Origin: a virus
Length of the DNA: 64,000 bases
Virus record (IMG/VR): IMGVR_UViG_3300045988_079613
Direction: 5' to 3' (one strand)
Every line of letters begins with the position of its first letter. The stretch's first letter is position 1. Position numbers and translations under genes: made by a program. A model generated the notes under the pieces. The model was not told the origin of the DNA and did no database searches. It saw only the letters and a program-made list of their open reading frames with translations. This document shows positions 9,974-18,645 of this stretch, piece after piece.

Positions 9974-10385
9974 TCGTCAATTCCTCTTTAATCTTATTTA
10001 ATACCTTAGTAAGGTTAAAATAAACTGTTTCAGCTTCTACTTTAACACACGGTTGAACTTTACCTTCTTTATACTTCTGTGTTACTTCTTTGTAATCATC
10101 TTCGTATTGTTTAAGTAAAGAATCAATGAATTCAACAGTAGTGTTGATCTTATCATTTTCAGGTTCAGCATTAGCTACCAGCAAACCTTCCAAACGCAGA
10201 TCTTCAACAGTACGTTCATCAATCATTGCGGATCTAAAACTATTACCATCCTCTACATCCATAGTAAAGGCATCAATATCTTCATTCCAAGTAAGTACAT
10301 CATTTGCTTTGAAAAAGCCGAAATCTTTCTTAAATGTATATTCCATATTATTTCTTATTTTTATCACTGAGCCCCCATACGGCAA
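9966..10385 (-). CDS. hypothetical protein (139 aa)
   Basis: Track ORF with a TAA stop. Confidence 0.65.
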   Translation of the reverse strand: MPYGGSVIKIRNNMEYTFKKDFGFFKANDVLTWNEDIDAFTMDVEDGNSFRSAMIDERTVEDLRLEGLLVANAEPENDKINTTVEFIDSLLKQYEDDYKEVTQKYKEGKVQPCVKVEAETVYFNLTKVLNKIKEELTNE

Positions 10386-10479
10386 GCCATATCATGGAAA
10401 AGCAGAGACCCATTACTATTAATTTTTCCATATGCCTATAAAACGTTAATTGTGAATAATTGTTAATAGCTTTTAACAT

Positions 10480-10489
10480 TTGTTAACAA
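10480..10489. promoter_or_regulatory. perfect 10-bp palindrome TTGTTAACAA (copy 1)
   Basis: Intergenic. An identical copy lies at 12579-12588. Confidence 0.35.
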
Positions 10490-10585
10490 TTAATTAATAT
10501 ATAAAAAGAAAGCCCGACCTAAGTCGAGCCTTCTAGTAATGTTGCAAACGAACTAATTTTTATTTTTATGAAAACTTAATTTATA

Positions 10586-10936
10586 TTACTTAACGGCAAT
10601 AATGTCATAAGGTTTCACTAATTGGGTATCTTTTACCAGATCAAAATACATTGCAAATTTCTTATTATAAGCAACTGTATCACCAACCTTAAATTTAACA
10701 TCTGTTAAGTGTGAAGGGATCTGTAGTACAATACCTGTAGCCCAATCAGATTCTACTTCCTTAGTCTCAGTCTTAGTATCATACTCGTTAAATCCATTCT
10801 CATCTACTTTACCATTAGGTACTTGTTCTGTAAACTCTTTAGTAACCATGGTAGGGGGAAGAGGTTTAATTAAAACATCTTTCAACATTCCCCATCCTAT
10901 TCCATTAACTACTGTTTCTAGTACTTTATCTTCCAT
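10586..10936 (-). CDS. hypothetical protein, possibly GroES/Cpn10-like
   Basis: Track ORF. The pattern LIKPL...GIVLQIP...KVGDTVAY...DIIAV resembles co-chaperonins by eye only. Confidence 0.45.
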   Translation of the reverse strand: MEDKVLETVVNGIGWGMLKDVLIKPLPPTMVTKEFTEQVPNGKVDENGFNEYDTKTETKEVESDWATGIVLQIPSHLTDVKFKVGDTVAYNKKFAMYFDLVKDTQLVKPYDIIAVK

Positions 10937-10968
10937 ATTCTTTTTACTTAGTTTCTAACTATAACGTA

Positions 10969-11253
10969 TTATTTCTTGTTTGGTTCTGCTTCTACTATAA
11001 TATTTCCTCCATTTGAGGTACAATATGTTACAGCTCTCTGTGGGCATTGTTTGCCCATAAAGCAACAACCATCACAAGTGCCTAGAGGAGAACTCTCTAT
11101 ATGGTATCTTTTACCTTGAATTTCTACTACTTCTCTATTCTTGATTATATCTGCTAATTCTGGATCGTATAGTGTCATACCTAATTGCGTATTAATGTTA
11201 AATAAGTAATTTCTAGCTTCTTCTACTTGTTTTCTAGTTACTTTTGTATTCAT
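10969..11253 (-). CDS. Cys-rich hypothetical protein (94 aa)
   Basis: Track ORF containing CDGCCFMGKQCP...C. Confidence 0.6.
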   Translation of the reverse strand: MNTKVTRKQVEEARNYLFNINTQLGMTLYDPELADIIKNREVVEIQGKRYHIESSPLGTCDGCCFMGKQCPQRAVTYCTSNGGNIIVEAEPNKK

Positions 11254-11558
11254 TCTGTTGTTTTACCTTTTCCGTGTTTGTCTAACCAAAGTAAAGCTAT
11301 GGCATTCCATGCTACTTGTGCTAGATGTTGACAACCGGTATCTTCATCTATTTTAGTACCTTTTTCATATTCTACCAGGTGTCTAAGTAAAGCAGCTTTG
11401 TAACGTTGGTAACCATTATCTAAATTCTGCCAACTATTATCAGAGTATTTCTTAGCACCTTCAGTATATACTTTAACAATATCTTCTATCTCTTCTAACG
11501 GTAGTAGATCCCATCTTAACTTACCGTCCTTAAAGTCATTCTTTAATCCTTCTGTCAT
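11250..11558 (-). CDS. dATP/dGTP diphosphohydrolase-like (DUF5664-type) protein
   Basis: GKLRWDLLP...GAKKYSDNSWQN...ALLRHL...DEDTGCQHLAQVAWNA matches my memory of that family. Confidence 0.55.
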   Translation of the reverse strand: MTEGLKNDFKDGKLRWDLLPLEEIEDIVKVYTEGAKKYSDNSWQNLDNGYQRYKAALLRHLVEYEKGTKIDEDTGCQHLAQVAWNAIALLWLDKHGKGKTTE

Positions 11559-11947
11559 AGTATGTATTATCTAAAGTAAGGTATTATATCTGTTAAAACA
11601 AGTATTATATTACTACTTACTTAAGAGTATACTATACTTAGTCTATCTGCATATCCCCCTTACCCCCATAATAACGCTCTTATACTAGGTTTGGTTCCCT
11701 TTTCTTTAACATTTATTAACAATATTTAGGGCTATTTAACTACAGAAATTTAACACTATTTAACAAAAAAATATATAAATTTTTTTACCCCAAAAAAATT
11801 TTGGAGGGGTTGTGCGTGTGATTACCAGCAAAGGATTACTCCCCTGTATTTAGTATCGGTAGGGAACACCCCTAGTCGGCTAATCTGACTAACGGTCTTT
11901 TCCTACACTTATAAATTCAAAATTCAAACCTTTTAAATTTAAACGTT
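11559..11947. promoter_or_regulatory. divergent intergenic control region
   Basis: A 389-nt gap between outward-facing gene blocks. It has three TATTTAAC-like repeats (11741-11775) and the hairpin CCAAAA-AAA-TTTTGG. A G+C-rich structured stretch at 11806-11905 includes TAGGG-aacac-CCCTA. Confidence 0.45.
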
Positions 11948-12520
11948 ATGTTGTGTTATTTACAAACTAAGATGCGCAAATCGCGCGAAGGTAAACCGGA
12001 TTTTTTCGTGTGTACATGGCTAGGTATTCAAGGCGATAAAGATGCTAAGAAAACGTTAAAAGACCCAAAAACGGGTAGATTAAAAATTAATATTGCAGCC
12101 GCAAAGGCTCGTAATATTACACTTACCAAGTGTATCTTTCCTATCGATGATGACGATGTAAAAGAATGGGATGACGTGCTAGAACCTATGACGGAATTAA
12201 TATTGGATTCTGAAACGGGCGAAATAACAGAGAAGCAACGAAACAAAAAATTAGATGATTGTTTGAGCCTTGATTTGTGCTACAAACAAATTCCGTTAAA
12301 AGATATTAACGATGAAGTTAAGCGCATACAGTTTTACTCGAATTCGGGTAAACTGATAAAACAAAATTTCATTACTGTTATTGGTCTAGCTGATGAAAAT
12401 GGAGATTGGGCGGAGGATTTAACAGCTGAAGAAACGGCGTTAAATAATCTTAATAATAACCTATCTTCAGGCGTCTACATTGACATCACGAACGAAGAAG
12501 AGGAAACAGGTAAGGAATAA
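11948..12520 (+). CDS. hypothetical protein with acidic C-terminus (190 aa)
   Basis: Track ORF and the first gene of the plus-strand block. Confidence 0.6.
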   Translation: MLCYLQTKMRKSREGKPDFFVCTWLGIQGDKDAKKTLKDPKTGRLKINIAAAKARNITLTKCIFPIDDDDVKEWDDVLEPMTELILDSETGEITEKQRNKKLDDCLSLDLCYKQIPLKDINDEVKRIQFYSNSGKLIKQNFITVIGLADENGDWAEDLTAEETALNNLNNNLSSGVYIDITNEEEETGKE

Positions 12521-12543
12521 ATATATAGCCTTAACAGTTTTTA

Positions 12544-12565
12544 AGGGTTGGCACACGTCAACCCT
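12544..12565 (+). terminator. hairpin AGGGTTG-8nt-CAACCCT
   Basis: A 7-bp perfect stem 24 nt after the stop. The T-run is displaced. Confidence 0.4.
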
Positions 12566-12578
12566 ATCTTCATCGTTT

Positions 12579-12588
12579 TTGTTAACAA
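12579..12588. promoter_or_regulatory. perfect 10-bp palindrome TTGTTAACAA (copy 2)
   Basis: Identical to 10480-10489. Extended by AACAATTGTT. Confidence 0.35.
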
Positions 12589-12842
12589 TTGTTTTACCGA
12601 TATAGCAAATTTAGGTTTGAATATTTATTCTATTTTTGAATAATTTAGATTGTAAGTCCATTCTACGTTGTAATGGATTATTGGCGCATTCATAGTAATA
12701 TAAGACACCAATTCTAAGTCAAAGTGGTTCTGACTGTTAAATCAGAAGAATATGACGACTGCAATCTATATTATAAAAAGTCCTGAGTAGGACTATAAAA
12801 GGCTCACCATAAACATATGTTTAACTTAAAAAACCAATTAAA

Positions 12843-13004
12843 ATGGACAGATTGACATTTAATGGTCTATTACTTGCATTCTTTGTGATTTGCGATGTAA
12901 TAACTTGGTCATTTGTTAGTAACGGTAAAGATCCTTTACCAATACTAATAAGTATCCAGTTATTATCATTGCTAATCGCTAATGCATGTAAAGAGGCCGA
13001 TTAG
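12843..13004 (+). CDS. possible small membrane protein (53 aa)
   Basis: ATG at 12843 and TAG at 13002-13004, then TGA 3 codons later. Two hydrophobic segments. Followed by a terminator. Confidence 0.35.
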   Translation: MDRLTFNGLLLAFFVICDVITWSFVSNGKDPLPILISIQLLSLLIANACKEAD

Positions 13005-13028
13005 TTCGTTGTGTGAGGTTGGTTTTAT

Positions 13029-13055
13029 GGGCAGTCTTTATGGCTGCCCTTTTTT
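13029..13055 (+). terminator. Rho-independent terminator
   Basis: GGGCAG-9nt-CTGCCC followed by TTTTTT. Confidence 0.65.
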
Positions 13056-13347
13056 AAATCCCTTATTATGGTATTAAATTAGAACACTAGCCGTTTGTGA
13101 AAATCAATGTAAGTGCTAGCGTGGTTAGGTAACATAGACCACCGAAGTGAAAAGCTGTTACACATTAAAAAACTCAATAACTTCCCAAGTCATTGAGGGC
13201 ACCAGTTTCTTACTACAAGAGAAATACAATTCTGACATGGTAGGAACCAGAGAATTGTATAGTGATTTGCATAACATGCAAGTAGGTAAAAGTCCTACAA
13301 GTAAGTTTTAGGTGTAAAATGCAATTAACCCATTAATACATAATCAC

Positions 13348-13509
13348 ATGAAAAAGAGACTAGTATTATGTTCAAAACATAGAAGATTTGGACATAAAAC
13401 ATTTTACTTATGTGCTACAGAAAAAGAAGCATTAGAAGTAGCAGAACATTGTAAAAGAGACTATATTAATGTAGAAATAGTTTCAGTTCCTGACACTTTA
13501 CAAATGTAA
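13348..13509 (+). CDS. possible small protein (53 aa)
   Basis: ATG at 13348 and TAA at 13507-13509. Below the track cutoff. Confidence 0.35.
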   Translation: MKKRLVLCSKHRRFGHKTFYLCATEKEALEVAEHCKRDYINVEIVSVPDTLQM

Positions 13510-13875
13510 CAATAAGTATTATTTAAAGTAAGAGAAAATGAGATCTTTATCCGGATAGCTCTTAGCATAGCTTATAATAACTTTTCAAACGAGATATCTA
13601 ATATATCTTCATATACCTAGTTATTATATTAATGCGCTTACTTTATTTTTTATTTGATTACTAATTAAAAACTATATAAGGATGTCACGTATCCTAACTA
13701 CTACATGTAAAATCCGTGTCTAATAAGGTATTGTAGTAGTATTCTCTATCAATAAATACAACCTCATCGTGGTGATAGAGTCTAGTAACATGTTAAAAAA
13801 CAAACCTTCCTAGTTTGCATGTGAAGCTAATGTATTTAAATTATTTAAGAGTATTAATCAATAATCAAAGTATAT

Positions 13876-14154
13876 ATGAAGAAAAACAGTAAAAGACATC
13901 TTATTGTAGTCAATATGCCTTATTTACTATTAGTTACATTAATTAGAAATAAAGCATTATCCTTTTATATCTCTAATTTAATTATTAATAGAGAAGTTAC
14001 TATAAATTATAGTGATAACGCGATTGAGTTTTTTAGTATTAAACCAATAAGTAGAATACTAATATGTTCATTTTCTTGGAGTAGTACTAAAGAAGGTTAC
14101 AAATTTTGGTACGATATCTATAATGAACTCTGTGATAAATGTGGTTCGCAATAA
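13876..14154 (+). CDS. hypothetical protein (92 aa)
   Basis: Track ORF. Confidence 0.55.
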   Translation: MKKNSKRHLIVVNMPYLLLVTLIRNKALSFYISNLIINREVTINYSDNAIEFFSIKPISRILICSFSWSSTKEGYKFWYDIYNELCDKCGSQ

Positions 14155-14235
14155 TAACTATTGCAGCTACCATTGTAGTAGTGATAGCTGTAGTGTATGA
14201 ATGTATTATGTTATGGAAAGAAATAAATAAATAAT

Positions 14236-14535
14236 ATGGTAGTACGCGTAAAGAGTCACTTTGATATTCTTAACAAAATAAGTAAATTATTAATAGTATC
14301 TATAACTATTATAATTATTTGTTATATGTTTAAAGAATATGTTCCTAAAGATCCATATAACTTTGTGGATTTGCAAATGCGGTATAAACATTATATAGTC
14401 TCAGATAAATTTCAAGAAAGTGAAACTGACTATGTATTTCGTTTAGTAAATCCAGTTACTGATCAAGAATATAAAGTATACGTTACAGATTACTTATATA
14501 TGAATGTATACTTTGTTGGTGATACCATTAAATAA
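14236..14535 (+). CDS. hypothetical membrane protein (99 aa)
   Basis: Track ORF with an N-terminal hydrophobic helix. Confidence 0.6.
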   Translation: MVVRVKSHFDILNKISKLLIVSITIIIICYMFKEYVPKDPYNFVDLQMRYKHYIVSDKFQESETDYVFRLVNPVTDQEYKVYVTDYLYMNVYFVGDTIK

Positions 14536-14545
14536 TTATTAACTA

Positions 14546-14564
14546 TTAAAACATTATCAAAATG
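14546..14564 (+). promoter_or_regulatory. conserved leader TTAAAACATTATCAAAATG (copy 1)
   Basis: A 19-mer identical to 21086-21104. It ends in the start codon. Confidence 0.5.
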
Positions 14565-14747
14565 AAAAAGAAAAGTTTTATTGTACATGACAAAGAGACA
14601 GGAGAAGAAATTCTCATTGCTAGTGACGGATTCTGTTATGCAGAAGTATGTGACGGAAATACTGAAATAGGTGCTTCAGACAGAATATTTGTAGTAACCG
14701 AAAGCATTCAAGTTGTTCAATCATTGTACGAAGAAATGGAGGGATAA
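14562..14747 (+). CDS. hypothetical protein (61 aa)
   Basis: Track ORF preceded by the conserved leader. Confidence 0.6.
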   Translation: MKKKSFIVHDKETGEEILIASDGFCYAEVCDGNTEIGASDRIFVVTESIQVVQSLYEEMEG

Positions 14748-15197
14748 ATGGAAGATAATCAATATCCTGTATTAAGAAAATCATCAAAGGGATTTTGGTG
14801 GTTATTAGTAGCTATTGCAGCTGTAATCGCTACTGGAGTAATAGTGTTTATGTGTCATGAACCTATTGCTAAGATTGTTACGTCAGAAGACGAATCAATT
14901 TGCATTGATACTGTGAAAGCAGTAGAGCCTGTATTAACTATACAGGAAGTTCTTAAATTTAGAGAAGACGTAAAAGAGGGAATGCGCATTGATAGTATAT
15001 TTTTAGCAATGCCAGATGCAATCTTAATTGATATTTTAATGACTCATGGTACATCATTGTCAAATAAAGACATAGTTACTATATATGAATCAAACAAATC
15101 TCATTTTAAAGATATACTTAAAGGTGCAGTTATTCAACGTGATATAATTACCCCAACAGATTCTGTGAAGAATCCTCGTGATTCTCTAAAGCGTTAG
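14748..15197 (+). CDS. hypothetical membrane protein (149 aa)
   Basis: Track ORF with one TM helix. TAG stop, with a back-up TAA 8 codons later. Confidence 0.6.
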   Translation: MEDNQYPVLRKSSKGFWWLLVAIAAVIATGVIVFMCHEPIAKIVTSEDESICIDTVKAVEPVLTIQEVLKFREDVKEGMRIDSIFLAMPDAILIDILMTHGTSLSNKDIVTIYESNKSHFKDILKGAVIQRDIITPTDSVKNPRDSLKR

Positions 15198-15199
15198 AG

Positions 15200-15690
15200 G
15201 AAGTATATGCATAGTAGTATTTAACAACAATTTATTATGATTAATGGTTAAATGTGAATTTATAGCTAACCGGTTCGTGAGAATAGGTTAGTCTTCAGAA
15301 GATGACAAGCCTGTGGGGCGTAAGTAAGTGCATATCTATACTGTACTAAATACGATAAGATAAGTATAGAAATACTCGTATTTGTGCTTATAATCGTGCG
15401 GACGTAAAAATCAGGTGAGTGATAAGATTAGGTTTGACAGCCTTTTCTGCTTGTACTCTGGAGTAATCCTAAAACATGTGAGAGTCATAGAATAAAACTC
15501 TAACAAGTAATGTTAAAATTTGATTTTCTTTATTAACACAAAGCGTTAAGTGCATTTGAAATCATTTTAGTATTAGTTAAAGTTATGGTATTATAACTTA
15601 AATCTCATTCATTAACAAATGTGTTTCTTACTCTAGAATACCCTAGAGTAACGTCGTCAATTTTATTAACTAACAATTTAAAGCCTATGT
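15200..15690 (+). ncRNA. ORF-free structured island (about 0.5 kb), candidate ncRNA or structured leader
   Basis: No ORF is present and G+C is higher than in the flanks. A pseudoknot-compatible helix pair lies at 15335-15383 and an 8-bp hairpin at 15629-15650. Confidence 0.35.
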
Positions 15691-15693
15691 AAA

Positions 15694-15939
15694 ATGAATA
15701 AGAACAAGAGGTATGTCACTTCTGTAACACAGCACAGTGACCAATTTCTGGCGATCCTATTAGGATTAAAAAGTATACTAGGGATGCCTATAAGCATAGC
15801 TAAACCTATAGCTAGAAGCAAACCAGGTATAACAGTGGAGTTAAACCCACACTTCGAAATTAACTCAGAATTATCTACTGATGAAATTAAAAATCAGTTA
15901 GATGAATATGAGATAGAAATAACAATAATTAATCAATAA
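15694..15939 (+). CDS. hypothetical protein (81 aa)
   Basis: Track ORF. Confidence 0.6.
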   Translation: MNKNKRYVTSVTQHSDQFLAILLGLKSILGMPISIAKPIARSKPGITVELNPHFEINSELSTDEIKNQLDEYEIEITIINQ

Positions 15940-15941
15940 TT

Positions 15942-16427
15942 ATGAAAGCAGTATTAATTTTAATCAATGGTAATTACCGAAGTAATAAACATGAAGAAGA
16001 TTTGATCAAAGATATCATATCTACTGTGTGTACTAATACAGATGCTGAAGGAGCAAATGCTCTTAATGTAAAGACATACGATGAAGCTGATTTACTTAAG
16101 TTAATGATGCCTAATCCAGATGATAACGCATTTAAAGACGTAGATACATTTAAAAACAAATTGATATCCTTCTGTGATAAGATACATGAAATGATTGGAG
16201 ATCCAATATTGTTTCATACTGATGAAGCCTTTAAACTTGAGTTTATCAAGTATTTCGTAAATGACAGTACATTTAGAACTGATCATAAAGAAGTCATAAC
16301 TTACTTAGCAAAAAGAGTAGGAGTAAAAACTAACAAATCAGTTGTAATAAATGTTCTAAAAGATTTTCATCTAGAGAATATAGGTAAGTACATAAAAGAA
16401 ATCAACGACGTAGTAGAACTTGTTTAA
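15942..16427 (+). CDS. hypothetical protein (161 aa)
   Basis: Track ORF. Confidence 0.65.
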   Translation: MKAVLILINGNYRSNKHEEDLIKDIISTVCTNTDAEGANALNVKTYDEADLLKLMMPNPDDNAFKDVDTFKNKLISFCDKIHEMIGDPILFHTDEAFKLEFIKYFVNDSTFRTDHKEVITYLAKRVGVKTNKSVVINVLKDFHLENIGKYIKEINDVVELV

Positions 16428-16428
16428 T

Positions 16429-16527
16429 ATGGGAAAAGATAAGGAGAAAGAAGTAAAAACTAAGACGGAATACAAAAAACGTCCTAAGCATAAGAAAATG
16501 GAACCTTATAATCGTAAAAAGGCATGA
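16429..16527 (+). CDS. possible basic peptide (32 aa)
   Basis: The ATG lies 1 nt after the previous stop, and its stop forms an ATGA overlap with the next gene. Confidence 0.3.
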   Translation: MGKDKEKEVKTKTEYKKRPKHKKMEPYNRKKA

Positions 16528-16931
16528 TTAAATTAAGTAAAGAAAAACCTTATGAAGACGCATGTAAAATACTAGGTCTTCATCCTGTAGCTAATTATAA
16601 AAGCTACAAATTAACAGATGAAACTAGGAACTTCATCAAGTTAGAAACCATTGCAAAAGCTTTAAATGAAGGCTGGAAACCTACAACAATGGATCCAAAA
16701 GAGGTAAGATATTGTGTATGGGGTTGGAACTATACAGATGACAGAAAACCTTCCAGTTTGCTCTATTTGACTTCTTGCAATACGCTTGGCGCTGCTTTTG
16801 CCGCTGTCGGTTCTTCCTTAGAATTCAAAGACAAGGATACAGCAAAAGAATTTGCAAGAATATGTAAACCTATGATTGTCAAACACTTATTTGGTCGAGA
16901 TGATCATGAAAACTTCAGATTCGATTTCTAA
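16524..16931 (+). CDS. hypothetical protein (135 aa)
   Basis: Track ORF. Confidence 0.65.
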   Translation: MIKLSKEKPYEDACKILGLHPVANYKSYKLTDETRNFIKLETIAKALNEGWKPTTMDPKEVRYCVWGWNYTDDRKPSSLLYLTSCNTLGAAFAAVGSSLEFKDKDTAKEFARICKPMIVKHLFGRDDHENFRFDF

Positions 16932-17058
16932 CGAATGCCCTACACAAGATAATATTATCAACTGTAGTGAATGTGATCTTGAGTGTAAACTCAGAATGGC
17001 AACGAATAACAAGCAAGAGGTTCCGCCAGAGCCTCTGCCCGCTGTTATATATTACTAA
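16876..17058 (+). CDS. hypothetical Cys-containing protein (start uncertain)
   Basis: Track ORF overlapping the previous gene. Alternative ATGs at 16900 and 16906. Confidence 0.45.
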   Translation: MSNTYLVEMIMKTSDSISNECPTQDNIINCSECDLECKLRMATNNKQEVPPEPLPAVIYY

Positions 17059-17280
17059 TTAAATTGTTAGTATGGTGGATTCCAATCAACCCAAAAGAAC
17101 TGTAAATATACCAGAACCCTAATGGAAGTTCATAAGAACTAGAGTACAACGGCTATACAACGGCAATCCTATACAGGATAGAAGAAGGATAGGGGTTATC
17201 TACAAAATAAGGTATACAAATATGTAGAACAGTTCTTTTTTTAAATTTAAACTTAGTGTTAATTAATAATAGTATCAATC

Positions 17281-17301
17281 TTTAAACATTATCAAAAAAT
17301 G
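17281..17301 (+). promoter_or_regulatory. conserved leader TTTAAACATTATCAAAAAATG (copy 2)
   Basis: Near-identical to the copies at 14546 and 21086. Confidence 0.5.
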
Positions 17302-17763
17302 GCAAAAGAAGAAGTAAAAGTAGCAGATGTTCTGTCTACCGAAAACATCGAGGATGTTATCAAAAATGGTGCAGTAGTAACTGCTGAAATTGCAGAAGCA
17401 GCTGCAAAGAAGGTTGCAGAAGCAAAGAAAGAGCAGTTGACGAAAGAGTTGATTTCAATTGTAAACAAGGCTGATTATACGCACAAGCGTATGGTATTGT
17501 CTATGAAAAAGACAAAGAAAGAGGCAAATATCAAAGTAGAATACTTAAAGAAGTATACTGCTCTGGTAGAAGATCTCAAATCTGGCAATGCAACTCTATC
17601 TACTACTGAATTCCAGAAACAGGCAACAGAAGCCAAAAACATTGCAGTAAAAGCACTGCGTGAAAACGACAAATGGTATGAGGAAACCTGTGATGCTCTC
17701 GATAACCAGTATCCGGAAGCAAGATACAGTTGGCGTTATGACGATGCAATCGTCGGAAGATAA
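17299..17763 (+). CDS. hypothetical coiled-coil protein (154 aa)
   Basis: Track ORF preceded by the conserved leader. Confidence 0.65.
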   Translation: MAKEEVKVADVLSTENIEDVIKNGAVVTAEIAEAAAKKVAEAKKEQLTKELISIVNKADYTHKRMVLSMKKTKKEANIKVEYLKKYTALVEDLKSGNATLSTTEFQKQATEAKNIAVKALRENDKWYEETCDALDNQYPEARYSWRYDDAIVGR

Positions 17764-17764
17764 T

Positions 17765-18645
17765 AGTCACACAAGGTCCAGGAAAGATACTTGAATAATA
17801 GAGATATTAATTCTATAGAGAATCCGAAGAAAATTGAAAGCAAATGGTGAGGTCCATGTTACATCGGAACCCTATAATAAGCAGCTTCATCCTGAATTAA
17901 CAGGAAACAAACAAATGTACGATAGTGAAAACTATTCAATACTGGAGTTGGACTAGAAAACGTGCCACTGATCAAGTGCCTAAGATCGTGAGGATGTATT
18001 ATAATAATTGCGCAATATATAGTATTGAATCTATACTCAAAGAGTATATTATGCAAATAGCATTCTTATGATATCAAATCGGCAAACATTATAGCAAATG
18101 TTGAGTAGTAATACTTCTGTACTAGTCTATAAATGATCAGTTATCAAAACTTATAAGTAAAATAATTTAAAAGACCAAAGGCTATGTAGGTTTGGTCGCC
18201 TGCATAGCCACAATTGACTGTTAGATCTATGAATCAGTTGTAAGACGAGGGTTCGACTCCCTCATGCTCCACTATTATTCATTGCAGCGGAAGTCATGAC
18301 ATCTGTTACGAGAAACACTTATCCGGTAACCGAATGAATAAGAACATAAGTAGCATCTCACTTGCAAGAGAGAACATGTAGCTACTCACAAGGGGCATTA
18401 TGGTTTTGATTGCAACAATGTGAAGTAGAATAGGTCAATAAGCAGATAACTGGCAATACAAGTTATGTAATGGATTATACACGCTTAGCAGCGTGAGATA
18501 TCCCTAGGGGAGCATACAGTATCCTAGTTAACAACTCTTTATTTAAAGAGAAACTGTTACTAATGACGGGGTTGTGAAATAGATTTTAGCGCTAGAAATA
18601 GTGACAGTCGCCTCATAGTATCTAATAGATATAAAACTAAATGGA
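17765..18645 (+). ncRNA. ORF-free structured island (about 0.9 kb), candidate large ncRNA ending at a tRNA-like gene
   Basis: No plus-strand ORF is present. Long perfect helices include 18180-18190/18199-18209 and 18275-18283/18333-18341. Confidence 0.4.
18180..18271 (+). ncRNA. tRNA 3-prime-half-like module (11-bp hairpin, 6-bp hairpin, canonical T arm, 3-prime acceptor strand)
   Basis: GAGGG-TTCGACT-CCCTC followed by ATGCTCC-A. No complementary 5-prime acceptor strand lies upstream. Confidence 0.3.

Noticed and set aside
17226-17246. AGAA-CAG-TTCT plus a T7 run as a terminator after 16876-17058.
   Set aside because: The stem is only 4 bp with a 3-nt loop, which is too weak to call.
18247-18515. 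A permuted tRNA or two-piece tmRNA, from the T arm plus 3-prime strand at 18247-18271 and GGAGCAT at 18509-18515.
   Set aside because: A single 7-mer match within 1 kb is weak (a few percent by chance). The sequence after 18515 does not fold into a D arm or a tag-reading-frame context. It is kept only as a low-confidence note.
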